Source of the DNA: an uncultured Bacillota bacterium | GTDB lineage: Bacteria; Bacillota; Clostridia; Christensenellales; UBA1242 | Reading direction: 5' to 3' | NCBI GenBank assembly: GCA_946495675.1 | Contig: CAMMDQ010000003.1 | Coordinates: 67,023 to 131,022, forward strand | Length of the DNA: 64,000 bases | Shown: piece after piece, positions 50,536 to 62,200 of the stretch | How the letters are laid out: each line of letters starts with the position of its first letter | Position numbering within the stretch: position 1 is the first letter of the stretch | The notes under the pieces: generated by a model | What the model was told of the DNA's origin: nothing | What the model saw: only the letters and a program-made list of their open reading frames with translations | The model's database searches: none | Program-made: the position numbers and the translations under genes

Positions 50536-51198
50536 ATGAAAAAGTTTTTTGCTGTTGGCATGATGCTGTTGCTTCCGCTTATGCTGGTTGGTTGTGGAAG
50601 AAGTGATTTTAATCTTAAAAATTATATGAGTGAAATTACAACGGTATATTTTCAGGGTCAAGGTCAAGGGGTTAATGCAAGCTTGAGTGTTGGTCAACGA
50701 GAAATTGATTATAAAGTTGATGGAAAACATGGTCCAACATGTGATTTTTCGCTTATTGAAATCAAATTTGATAATGTCAGAGAGGAAGAGGTTTTGCAGG
50801 TTGAGATTATCATCAATGGTCAAAGTCAAAATTTTAGTCTTGAGTTAAATCCGGTAAATCATGTGTATATGGGAGATCTTGGATATGCTGTCAAAGGTGA
50901 TGATTCAATCGTCATTGTTGTTGATGGACAAAGAATTGAGTTGACAAACATAACAGGTGATTTTGTTGTGAATGCCGATGAAGCTTTGGAAATGGCAAGA
51001 ATTGCTCTTATCGACCAAATTGCTGCTTGCTACAATGAAGGACGCTTTTGTGGAGAAGGATATTTGAAATTATTGCATGAAGAAGGGGGCTCATTTAGCC
51101 AATTGTTTTGGAGTTTTAGACTTGTTTGTGAACAGGGTGTGAAATATGATGTGGTCATCAATGCTCAAACAGGTGAGCTTGTAGGAGTAAATTTATAA
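50536..51198 (+). CDS. Hypothetical lipoprotein with PepSY-like C-terminus
   Basis: Lipobox LVGC; VVINAQTGELV. Confidence 0.75.
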   Translation: MKKFFAVGMMLLLPLMLVGCGRSDFNLKNYMSEITTVYFQGQGQGVNASLSVGQREIDYKVDGKHGPTCDFSLIEIKFDNVREEEVLQVEIIINGQSQNFSLELNPVNHVYMGDLGYAVKGDDSIVIVVDGQRIELTNITGDFVVNADEALEMARIALIDQIAACYNEGRFCGEGYLKLLHEEGGSFSQLFWSFRLVCEQGVKYDVVINAQTGELVGVNL

Positions 51199-51240
51199 AA
51201 TAAAGTTGCATAGTTTGCTCTAAAATGTTATAATAAAACT

Positions 51241-52341
51241 ATGAAAACTGTGCAAGAGAAAAACCAAGAGAATGCTATCACTATTGTTGTTTGCTCAAAA
51301 AAATCAGACAATAAAGTGCGAAAAACTGATGAAATCGAAAAATTGGCCACAACGGCGGGATTGAATGTTGTGGATAGTTTTTATCAAAATGTTAAGGATT
51401 TCAACCGCTCAACAGTGATAGGAACTGGCAAAGTTGAAGAAATCAAAAATTATATTGAAAATTGTAAAGAAGTGATTGATGTTGCAGTTGTTGATTATCC
51501 TCTCACAGGCTCTCAAGTCAAAAATCTTGAAGATGCTTTTGGAGTCAAGGTGATTGACAGGGTAGGGCTTATCATTGACATTTTTGCTCAAGGAGCACAA
51601 AGTCGAGAGGCAAAATTGCAGGTCAAACTTGCACAAGATCTTTATTTGCTGCCAAGGCTTTCACAATTTCAAGGCTCAAGCGGACGCTTTGGTGGTGTTG
51701 GTGTGGGCATGCGGGGGCCGGGAGAGAGCAAACTTGAATTAAACAGACGCGTGCTTGAAAAAGAAATAGATTCACTCAAAAAACAAATTGCCAAAATCAA
51801 AAGCCAAAGGCAAATTTCAAGGCGGGAGAGGCTGGAGTCAAGATTGCCAAAAATTGCCCTAGTTGGCTATACAAACTCAGGCAAAAGTTCTTTGCTAAAT
51901 TTGCTGACAAAAGACAATATTTATGCAGATGACAAATACTTTGCCACTCTTGACACAACAAGCAGAAAACTTTTTTTGGGAGAGGGCGAGTATGCTCTTT
52001 TGACCGATACTGTTGGTTTTATCTCTGATCTGCCGCATCAACTGGTTGACGCCTTTTCTTCAACTTTGGAAGAAGCTGCAGACGCAGACCTTCTGCTTCA
52101 TGTGGTGGACGTTTCCTTGCAAAAGCGAGATGGGGACAAACGAGAATTTGAAGTCAATATTGATATAACAAACAAACTTCTTGATGAGCTTGGTGCCACA
52201 AAAAATAGAATTGTTGTGTTAAACAAAAGTGACAAACTTGCCGGGCCTGTCGAAATAAAAAATCATCAAATTTTGGTTTCAACTAAAACTGGAGCGGGCA
52301 TTGATAAACTTTTGGATGCAATAAAACTTTTGTTGAATTAA
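51241..52341 (+). CDS. hflX: GTPase HflX
   Basis: RGPGESKLE, GYTNSGKS, FATLD, DTVGF, NKSD. Confidence 0.97.
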   Translation: MKTVQEKNQENAITIVVCSKKSDNKVRKTDEIEKLATTAGLNVVDSFYQNVKDFNRSTVIGTGKVEEIKNYIENCKEVIDVAVVDYPLTGSQVKNLEDAFGVKVIDRVGLIIDIFAQGAQSREAKLQVKLAQDLYLLPRLSQFQGSSGRFGGVGVGMRGPGESKLELNRRVLEKEIDSLKKQIAKIKSQRQISRRERLESRLPKIALVGYTNSGKSSLLNLLTKDNIYADDKYFATLDTTSRKLFLGEGEYALLTDTVGFISDLPHQLVDAFSSTLEEAADADLLLHVVDVSLQKRDGDKREFEVNIDITNKLLDELGATKNRIVVLNKSDKLAGPVEIKNHQILVSTKTGAGIDKLLDAIKLLLN

Positions 52342-52368
52342 AAAAACAGCAATAAATTTGCTGTTTTT

Positions 52369-52596
52369 TTATTTGCTTTGCGAAAGGTTCTCGTTAAGCT
52401 TTTCAAGTAGAAAATCAACATCTATACCATGAGCCATTGCGGCCTGCTCAACTGTTTCATCATCTGCAATATGACAAAGCACGCAAAACATTCCAAAACC
52501 CATTAAAACATCGGCAAGGGTTTCGTCAAGCTCCAAAAGTTGTTTAATAGTCATATTTTTGTCAATTTTTTTGTTGTCTTTTTTTTCTTTTTTCAT
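52369..52596 (-). CDS. DUF1858 domain protein
   Basis: GMFCVLC...ETVEQAAMAHGID; GGAG RBS. Confidence 0.88.
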   Translation of the reverse strand: MKKEKKDNKKIDKNMTIKQLLELDETLADVLMGFGMFCVLCHIADDETVEQAAMAHGIDVDFLLEKLNENLSQSK

Positions 52597-52715
52597 CTTT
52601 TTCTCCACATAAAATATAATTTGTTTAAAAGTTTTTGTCAAGTATTGGAAGAAAATATTTTGTCTAATTTTGTCTTTCATGCATTATCTTGTCAAAGGAA
52701 AAATAGATTTATACC

Positions 52716-53432
52716 ATGGAAAAGTTAAGTGAAATTATTTCAAAAAAAGTTGTTGCTCTTGCAGAAGGCGAAGAAGTCGGCTACATTTTAAGCCCAGTTT
52801 TTTATGCGGATGGTTCAGAGCTTTTGGGCTTTGTTATTTGTGATGGCGAAAGCGAAGTTGAAAAGTTTTTAGACATTGGTGATGTTGTCTCTCTTAGCGG
52901 TGAACAAATTTTTATTACTTCAATTTCATCAATGCAAAATCTTGAAATAGATCAGTTGTCAAACCCACTTGGCAAGCTTGTCTATGATGAAAATGGAGTG
53001 AATCTTGGTCGAGTTGAAGAGTGCGAACTTGAGAAAAATAGAATAAAAAAATTGCTGACTGACAGGTGTGAAATTATGCAGAAAAATATTGAATGCATTG
53101 GAAAAGATTTTGTTATTTTCAAAAAAAATAAAAAAAATAATAAAAAAATTGCAAAAAATAATAAAAAATTAATTAATTTTTCAAAAATTTCGCCAAAAGT
53201 GGAAATTTTAAATCAAATCAATTTGCAAAATCAGCAATTAAATTTTTCTTCTTCTCTGCCAATAAAAGTTACTGCAAATAAATCAAAGCTTCTGGGGAAA
53301 ACGCTAACGAAAAGCATTTTTGGATATAATAATGAAATAATTGGGAAAAAAGATGAAAAAATCACTGAGAAAATAATAAATCGTGCAACAAAGCATAACA
53401 AAATGAATTTTTTGTTTTTTTTCAGCAAATAA
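52716..53432 (+). CDS. PRC-barrel domain protein
   Basis: Two PRC-like repeats (EGEEVGYI; GKLVYDENGVNLGRV). Confidence 0.75.
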   Translation: MEKLSEIISKKVVALAEGEEVGYILSPVFYADGSELLGFVICDGESEVEKFLDIGDVVSLSGEQIFITSISSMQNLEIDQLSNPLGKLVYDENGVNLGRVEECELEKNRIKKLLTDRCEIMQKNIECIGKDFVIFKKNKKNNKKIAKNNKKLINFSKISPKVEILNQINLQNQQLNFSSSLPIKVTANKSKLLGKTLTKSIFGYNNEIIGKKDEKITEKIINRATKHNKMNFLFFFSK

Positions 53433-53540
53433 TTTCAATTTGAAAATTTGTTTTAAAAAATGGCAAAAAAAATATATTTTTATATTAAAAATATTTTTGC
53501 GAAAAATAGGTAAAATCTTGTTTAATCGTTTGTATTTTTG

Positions 53541-53569
53541 TCGCTAATTGTAGTAAAATAAATTAGCGA
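53541..53569. promoter_or_regulatory. Inverted repeat over the promoter/RBS of the VirB4-like gene
   Basis: TCGCTAATT-11-AATTAGCGA enclosing TAAAAT. Confidence 0.5.
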
Positions 53570-53576
53570 GGTAGAA

Positions 53577-56252
53577 GTGGTAAGAATTATTCCAAGAAGA
53601 ACAAAAGTTAAACTTGAATTTATGCGAGGTTTTACCGCAATTGATTTGGTGCTTGCAGTTATTGCTGCTGCCATTTTGATTGTTTTGATCACTTCAAATT
53701 TTGAAGGTCATATTTGGGTGGCTATAGTTTGGGCGATTTTTGGGATTTCGCTTTTCTTTAAAATTTCTGATAGCGATAGGCTTTACATAACTTACACGCA
53801 TATAATTCGTTATTCAATGCAAAAAAAGCTTTATGAGAAGTTTCCAAAAAACAATAAACCAAACATAAAAAATATCGTTCCTTTTGAAAGTATATATCAA
53901 GATCGTTTCATCTCATTCGGAGATTATTATGCGCAGGTTCTTGAGGTTAAACCAATTTTGTTTGGTCTGCTCAATGAATACAATCAAAACAATGTTATTG
54001 ATGTTGGTTTTGGCAATGCTCTTCGCAGGCTTGAAGAAAGTCAAGTTTGTGAAATTGTCAAAATTAATAAAGCTATGGTGCTTGATAATTATGCTTACAA
54101 CGAAAACAAAAAGTTTGACAGACTTCTTGAGCAAGTTTATGAAAAACAGATGACGCAGGAAGAACTTGATGCAAGAGAACCTGTTTTTCAAGAAAGGCTA
54201 GCATTTATTGAAAGCAGAAACAGAAAAGAAAAAATTTACAAAGATTATTTCTATCTTGTGGTTTTAGGCAAAGATATTGAAGCACTCGAAAACACCGTCA
54301 ATGGGATGACGAGTGCGCTTGCAACATCTCTTGTGCCAGTTTCAACAAAAAGATTGACTGGCAGCGAACTTGCTGTTTTTATAAAAGCCAACTACAATCG
54401 TGAATTTGATGAAAGGGAAGTTGATTCAATACCTTACAGCGAATACATAAATTGGGCGACACCAAACAAAATCAAATTCCGTTCGGCAAAATATAGTGTT
54501 GACGACAAGTTTTACAGAACTTTTGCTATAAATGAATACCCTTTGCAAGTGGGTAATGCTTGGGGATCTTCCTTCTTCTTGCTTGACAGAACAAAAGTTG
54601 TTATGAAATTTAAAAAAGCTCCAAAATACGAAAGTGAGCGCAAAATTGACAAAGCTATTATGGATATGGAGTCAAAACTTTACAGAACGGGCAAAAGCAG
54701 CACGCAGATTGAACTTAGCACCCATCTTGACACCTTGAGAGATCTCTTGACTCAGCTTAAGAACAACAATCAACAACTTTTTGATGTAAACACTTTTATA
54801 ACTTGTGAAGACACTGCCAGAAAAGATGTCAAAGCGGTGCTCAAGCAAGAGGGGTTTAGATTCTCTGAACTTTACGCAAGACAGATTGATGGATTCATCT
54901 CTTCTAATATTTCAATGAGAGATAATTTTGAAGAATTGCAGCGAGGTTTTCCAACTTACACTTTGGCAGGAGTTTTTCCATTTGTTTCTAGTGAGCTTCA
55001 AGATGACAATGGAATTTACATCGGCGACAATATGTATCCTGTTTTCGTTGATTTCTTCCAGCGAGATAGTCAAAGAGTAAACTCGAACATGATGGTTATT
55101 GGAAAATCGGGTTCAGGAAAATCTTATGCAGTCAAAATGCTTTTGGCAAACTTTGCAGCCGACAACACAAAAATTTTCATCTGCGACCCAGAAAAAGAAT
55201 ATTACAAACTTACAGAAAGCTTGAAGGGAAAACTTATTGATGTGGGTTCATCTTTGCAGGGTATTATAAATCCGTTCCATGTCATCAGAGCTCTTGATAA
55301 ATCAGATGATGAAGATGATTATGCATCAAAATCAGATTATTTCAAAGTTGAAGCAAAAGATGATTCTTTCAATCAGCATTTGCAATTCTTAGAGCAGTTT
55401 TTCCGAACAGTGCTTGAAGGCATTTCTTCTGATGCCTTTGAAATTGTAAACTCACTTATTTTGAAAATGTATAACGAGAAAAACATTGACGAAAACACCG
55501 ACCTTACCAAACTTAAACCAGAAGATTATCCTATTTTTGATGATCTCTACAGACTTATTCAAAAGGAGCTTAAAGCTTCAAAAGACGAATTTTATTCAAA
55601 GAATTTGCGAATAGTTGAAGCCTATATCAGAAAATTTGCCAAAGGCGGAAGAAACTCTAATCTTTGGAATGGTCCTACGTCAATTGAAACAAATGAAAAC
55701 TTTGTATGTTTCAATTTTCAATCACTTATTGCTGGCAATAACGATATGCTTACCAATGCGCAAATGCTTTTGGTTTTCAAATATCTTGAAAACGAGATTA
55801 TAAACAATAAAGACTATAACACTCTTCACAATACCAACAGAAAAATCATTATAGCAGTTGATGAAGCGCACACCTTCATCAACACAAAATTTCCAATTGC
55901 ACTCAACTTTATGATGGCGATGGCAAAGCGTATTCGTAAGTATGGTGGAATGCAGATTGTCATCACGCAAAACATCAATGACTTTGTTGGCTCTGAAGAG
56001 ATAAAAAGACAATCGACGGCAATCATCAATGCTTGTCAATACTCGATCATCTTTTCGCTGTCTCCTAGCGATGTCAACGACCTTATAGATCTTTACAAAA
56101 ATTCTGGTGGTATCAACAAGGAAGAACAAAACTCAATTGTTACCGCTCAACTTGGACAGGCATTTATTATAACCTCTCCAACTTCAAGAACCATGGTTCA
56201 TATCAGGTCTCTTGAATATGTTGAAAACATGTATGAAGAGAAAAGAAAATAA
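53577..56252 (+). CDS. VirB4/TraE-family T4SS ATPase with fused N-terminal PrgI/VirB3-like membrane domain
   Basis: GKSGSGKS, DPEKEY, INPF, IAVDEAH, KRIRKYGG...ITQ; two N-terminal TM helices; GTG start after GAGGT. Confidence 0.92.
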   Translation: MVRIIPRRTKVKLEFMRGFTAIDLVLAVIAAAILIVLITSNFEGHIWVAIVWAIFGISLFFKISDSDRLYITYTHIIRYSMQKKLYEKFPKNNKPNIKNIVPFESIYQDRFISFGDYYAQVLEVKPILFGLLNEYNQNNVIDVGFGNALRRLEESQVCEIVKINKAMVLDNYAYNENKKFDRLLEQVYEKQMTQEELDAREPVFQERLAFIESRNRKEKIYKDYFYLVVLGKDIEALENTVNGMTSALATSLVPVSTKRLTGSELAVFIKANYNREFDEREVDSIPYSEYINWATPNKIKFRSAKYSVDDKFYRTFAINEYPLQVGNAWGSSFFLLDRTKVVMKFKKAPKYESERKIDKAIMDMESKLYRTGKSSTQIELSTHLDTLRDLLTQLKNNNQQLFDVNTFITCEDTARKDVKAVLKQEGFRFSELYARQIDGFISSNISMRDNFEELQRGFPTYTLAGVFPFVSSELQDDNGIYIGDNMYPVFVDFFQRDSQRVNSNMMVIGKSGSGKSYAVKMLLANFAADNTKIFICDPEKEYYKLTESLKGKLIDVGSSLQGIINPFHVIRALDKSDDEDDYASKSDYFKVEAKDDSFNQHLQFLEQFFRTVLEGISSDAFEIVNSLILKMYNEKNIDENTDLTKLKPEDYPIFDDLYRLIQKELKASKDEFYSKNLRIVEAYIRKFAKGGRNSNLWNGPTSIETNENFVCFNFQSLIAGNNDMLTNAQMLLVFKYLENEIINNKDYNTLHNTNRKIIIAVDEAHTFINTKFPIALNFMMAMAKRIRKYGGMQIVITQNINDFVGSEEIKRQSTAIINACQYSIIFSLSPSDVNDLIDLYKNSGGINKEEQNSIVTAQLGQAFIITSPTSRTMVHIRSLEYVENMYEEKRK

Positions 56253-56271
56253 TTGAAAAGGAGGCTTTGCT

Positions 56272-59200
56272 TTGACAAAAACAAAAAAAATAAACTTGTT
56301 AATATGCAGTTTGTTAGTTTTGCTGGCAAGCCTGTTTTTTGCTTCATGTGGACCAAAAGATTACAGTAATGTAAGTTTGACAAGCTCAGTCTCTTCGCTT
56401 AGCCTTGATGTGGGTGGAGAAGCTGATATTGTGTTTACAATCAACAATATGCTTGAGGATATGGATAATGCATTGTCTTTTTCATATTCAACCGAAGGTG
56501 TGGTAACTGAAGAAGTTGTGTCGCAAAATGGCAATCACATCACAGTTCAATTAACAGCTGTTTATCCAGGCACAACAACTATGACAGTTACAACAGTGGA
56601 CGGCAACAAAAGTTGTGATGTTGTCATTCAAGTAAACAAATATTCAAGTTACATACGACCAGGTCAAAACACACTTTATGTTTCATCTCAATCGCTCTTA
56701 CAACCGAGCGCAAACGATTTTGTTTTTGAAAATGAAACAAGCGAAAGAGATGTTGACTTCTATTTTTATGGAATCAACAATGGCTACACTTTAAGTTTAA
56801 ACAATGTTTCCACCTTGGTTTCAGGCTCTGATGGAACGCAAGTTCGCGATTTTTATAATAATTTTGTATCAGTGAAACTGATAACGGTGCAGAGAGAAAC
56901 TGAAGAACTTAGTTATTTGATTTTTACTGATAAACAGGGGAATGAATTTACCCTTGATAGTGGCTATGCGGACTTATCTTTAAGCGGAAATACAAAATAT
57001 AATTTTTTGCCTGTTGAAAACATAGATGGGCAGTATTATATACCTGAGCAAGCATTTTCGGTTGGTTTTGGTGACGATTTTGCCTTTGTAGCAAACTATC
57101 AAAATGCAAATGGAGAAGAAATTTACACGCAAAGAGATTTCGTCGTTTTAAAAGACATTGATCAAAATGCAATTTCTTCAGAATATGAGTATGTGATCTT
57201 CAACACAAACAATGGCGAAATTTCTGATGAAGGCTATTTTATTGAGGGCTTTTCCCAAGAAAAAATTACGCTTGTTCCAAACTATACCATCGATTACCAA
57301 AGAGATCTGCAAGTTGACTTCAAAAGAGTTAAATTGCAAATCACCATAGATGGTGCCAGCCAACTTTTGCAAAGCCGTTTTTCAAGCTCAAATTCGCTTA
57401 ATGTCACCCAAGAGCGAGTTACTGGTGCCGATCAAACAGTTTTTGTTTTTACAATCTCTGCAAACACTCAAGTTGAACAAGATATAAATTTTGAGGTAAG
57501 TTTCTTTTACGAAGGTTTTTATGGCTCGGATGATCAAAATGTAAGTTATACCTTTAGCATGCCAATTTCAATAAAGAACAAGCCAGACAGCATTGTGATA
57601 AGCGGGGCAGATTTTTCAAACACTCCTGTTTCGAGCCAGACATTCACATTCTATAATCATTATATAGAAAGCAACAATGTTGGTTGGCAAAGATTTTATT
57701 TCAATGTTTTGCCTATTGATAGCCAATTTGATAATCTGACAATCCGTCTGCAAGAGGACGATGGATTGATTGTAAAATATGCAGGGCAAGAATACACCAG
57801 TGGAGACATTGTTGTTGACAACCTTAACAGCTTTGTTGAATTTAAAGGTCGAGACAATGCAGCAGCTACGACAAATGGACAGATTGAAATTGTTTTGAAT
57901 TTCAATTTGCTTTATCAAGACAGTCTGACCACAACATTCAATTATCAAATTTTGCAAGGCTCGACAACAATTTCATATGACGAAGATTTTGCTTCCTTTG
58001 CCGAAAATGGTTTTGCTCTTTCGCTCAACAATGATGCTCAGGGAGTCAACTTTTCTGACAAAATTTACACTGATGCTGCTTTTGGGGATTTTGCAGTTCA
58101 ACTTATCTCGGGCTTAAATGTTGTGAATTTTCTAAAAGCTGAGCAGATTTATCAAGAAATAAATGGCCGCTATTATTTAAATTTTAATCTTATTCCAACT
58201 GCAACAGGAAACGGAGTTTATTCCATTACTTTGCCAAATGGTTTTTCTATCGCATTACAAGTCAGAGTAGTTGAAAGTTTGAACAGTCTTTCCATTCAAA
58301 CAACAAATCATAATGCCAACATGAGCATTGTTAATTTTGATGAAAATGGCGCTTTGGTTTATGCAAGAAACAACACTCAGTCAATTGGGGACCGCAATAA
58401 TTTTGACCTTGAAATCATTGCCAATGCAAATGAAAACTCGACTGCAATGCGTCAACTTTTGATGACTGTCGATCAAGATGGGCAAGTCATAACTTTTGCA
58501 AATAGAAACGAGTTTTATTTTGAAGTCAACTTAAACAGCACAGGAATTGCAATCATTACTGTCACAATAACAGGCTATAATGTTGAAAATTTTGTAATAG
58601 ATGACAATTATCAGTTGACATATACCATCACGGTTATAAGTTATGAATATATTGATAATTTTTCGGTAAACAAACTCCGTGACGGGCAGGGATCTTATCA
58701 AACCGAACAGACTCCAGACGGGGCAAGCGCAAGGTATGTATATATTTATAACAACAATGCAAACTCTGTCACAAGAAAGCAGGCTCAACTGCAAATTGAT
58801 GTAAGCAGTTTTAATGAGCAATCGCCAGCTTTTCTGTTTAGAAATCCTCAAGATTCTTCTTATGTGGCAGAAACTTTCAGCAACAAGTTTATTGCTTGGA
58901 CCGTTCCTGGTTACAGACTGCTTTACAATGGTCAAACTGTCAACAGTATGTATTTGAGAGAAAATGAAAGTTCAATCTATCAAATCGCAAACAGTTTGAC
59001 GGGCGCAATCATTGCGACATTTGATGTGCAGGAGTTGTTGTTGACACTGGCTGCAGATGCTGGAGGTGAAAATTCATTTAGTTTGGTTGGCAGCATTGAT
59101 CAATATGACACTCCAAGAAGATCCTTCACAATCAATGTTAATGTGCTAAATTACAACGCAGTTGAAAGCTTATCTTCACTTTCTCCAATAAGTTCGCTTG

Positions 59201-62200
59201 AATTTTCAAGTTTGCAAATGCAGCATCAAATCAATTTGCGAGTGCTTCAAAACACAGCAATAAACAAGGATGTTGTGGTGTCAATTTCTGGGGCGAGTGT
59301 TGTTTATAACGGCACAACATACAGACTTTTTGGCGAAAATAATCAAGGAATCGAAATTGTCCAAGCTGAAAATAATGGCAATATCGTAAGCATAACTTTG
59401 ACTGCAGATGAAGACTTTGTTCAGGCAGCAATGCGGGAAGATTTTTTTGCCAATTCAACCTTTCAAGCAACGCTTACAATCGCAGCAGCAGATTGGTATG
59501 ACGACTCGGGGATCTTTATTGAAGAAAATAGAAACAGATTGATCACAATTCCAATCACATATGCAAACGGCACAGAAGAAAACAGATTTACCATTGACAG
59601 CAGTGAAGATTTGGCGGCAATTGGGCAAAACTTGGCAGCACACTATCAGGTTACAACAACCATCAGCGCTGAGGGTATAGATATGCCACTTGGTAAGCTT
59701 TCAGGTTCTATTGTTGGCACAAATGATTACGCTATAATAAACGGAGTTAATATAAACTCTTTAAGTGGTGACTTCGGTGGGCTCTTTAGCAGCATTGTAG
59801 AAGGGGCATACATTGAAAACTTGACTTTTGTTGGCAGCATCAATATTGATCAAACTATTGGAAATCAACAAAATATTTATATTGGCTTGATTGCTGGCGA
59901 AAATCGTGGCAGACTTCAAAATATTTCTGTCAGACTTGATCAATCGCAAATTTCAATTAATGATGTTGCTCAAGATGAAATTTCAAGTGCCTATATTGGT
60001 GGTCTTGTTGGTGCAAATTATGGCGAAATCACACAAGATTTTTCTGAAAGTCGAGATTACCGCCTTTATAGCTATATGCTGTTCTCAAATGACTTCTTAA
60101 ACATTGATTATAGCTATGTAAATGTCTATGCAGGTGGCATTGCAGGTTATAGCGATGGGCAGATAAAGAAGATTGATGGACAACCCTTTGGGGGTTATGC
60201 AAATTATCTTGCTTATGCTTTGATAAACACAAATTTGACTCAAGAAGGCGGTCGGTCGCAGAGTTATGTTGGAGCGGTTGCCGGCAAAGTTGTCTCAGAT
60301 AAAAATGGACATGGCGTGATTGGTTATAATGAAGCAGCGGCATATACAGCAGAGAATTACTCGGCTGGCAAAGGCGTTGTTGTTGGCGGGCAGGTCAGCG
60401 GTCTCAACTATGTCGGCGGAGCTATCGGTCAGCTTGAGATCGCTGACGGAATAACAACTCAACCTCTTGCTGGTCTGACTACAAGAACATTTGTTAGAGC
60501 GCTTTCTGGTATGACAAATGCTGGTTTGTTTACAGGTGAAATTGTAAACAGCAGCACTGGGCTTACAATCGCTCCAAGTCTTTATGCACAAACAGTTGAT
60601 GATGGCAAGACAGGCGAGGCTTCTTCAATGCTGGTTGTCTATCTGACAGAATCCAATATTTCTGGTCAAGGCATCACAACTTTAGAGGATGTAACTTTCA
60701 GCGAAATTGCATTTGGGGTTCAAGGCTATAACGGAACGACTTTTGAAAATGCTAAAGACCACTTTATTTCATATCTAAGAAGAAATTATAATGAAGTTGC
60801 AGATGAGCCGCTAAACATTATTGAAGATGATTCTTCATTATATTATGGTGAAGTTTGTCTTGTCCGTGAAAATCAGGTTGTTGACAATATTAAATTTGCA
60901 ACAAAAGGCACCGAAGCTGATCTTGCAATAACTGAAAATTTTTACAATCAAATGACATCGACAGAAACTGAACTTGATGCCTTCTTTGCATATTATTTTA
61001 ATGCCATTTCTGCACAATCTGAAAGTGATGAAGCTTCGCTTGCAGACATTCAACAGCTTTTAAATCAAAATTTCAACACTCTTTCAATGGATAGTGAGCT
61101 TTATCCTATAGACATAAAAGGAGAAATCACTCTTAGATCACTCAACACCAATATTTTGGAAATCGATCAAAATGGCAGAATGACAATGAAAGGCACGGGT
61201 TGGGTGCAAGTTTCAGGCAGCAGCATTTTGAATATAAATGACGGTGTAAGTTTTTATATCTTTATAACCAACTACTTTAATAATGACGCAGAGATTTCAA
61301 CAATCTATCCAACTGCTTCTGCAAATGCAGAACCGATTGATGATTTTACCATCACAATGTATGCAAACCAAAGTGCAATGCTGTATATCAGACCAGATTA
61401 TTCATTTGACTCGCAATTGTTGCATATCGACCAAACTGGGCTTGCCAACTTAAACAATTTCTATTTCAACATGGCGCCAAACACTGACATGAGCGCGGAG
61501 ATTGATGTTTCAGAGCGAGGAGTAAGTGAGCCAAGCGGAGATTTTGATGTCAGTGTAAGCGGACAAACCATTGTCATAACTTCAAACAACAACGGCAATT
61601 TGGCTCAAAAATATGATGTCAAGATTGTTCCAATCATAAAAGGACAGAATCAAAACAACAAATTTGTTGCAGAGGTCAACAAAGGGCGAGAAAATAGTAT
61701 AGATGGCACAATTGATTACAGACGGGGGGCTCTTGGCATTGGCGCAAGCAGATATGACGATGTTGTGATTTCGTCTGGCAGTCAAATCAATGAAACAATT
61801 GTTGTGCGCTCAACTGCTGACCTTGCGACTGGAGGTGCTGAAGGGGAAGGTCTTCAATATTACTTAACTTTCAACAATCAAGTGATTAAGTCAACCTATG
61901 ATCGTGCCAGTGTAGAAAATGAATCGATGGAGGATTTGTTTGTTGTCGAGATTGGTGCTGGCTCACCAGCTAGTAGCAGCGGAGAAATTGTCAAAACTTA
62001 CAATTTCCCTTTAAATGTTTCAATCAACAGAGACAGCACTGCTTACCAAAACAGATTTAATCAAAACATTTATGGCGAATACAAACTTGTGGTTCTTTCA
62101 AAAACAAATTCGGATTATTATGTAGTCATCAACATAATTTTTGAAAACCTGCCATTGCAGAGTATTTTGATTGACAATTACAACAATCAAGATCAAATGA

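Noticed and set aside
53577-56252. A complete ICE or conjugative transposon
   Set aside because: No integrase, relaxase, coupling protein or att site in the window; cannot be excluded beyond the right edge.
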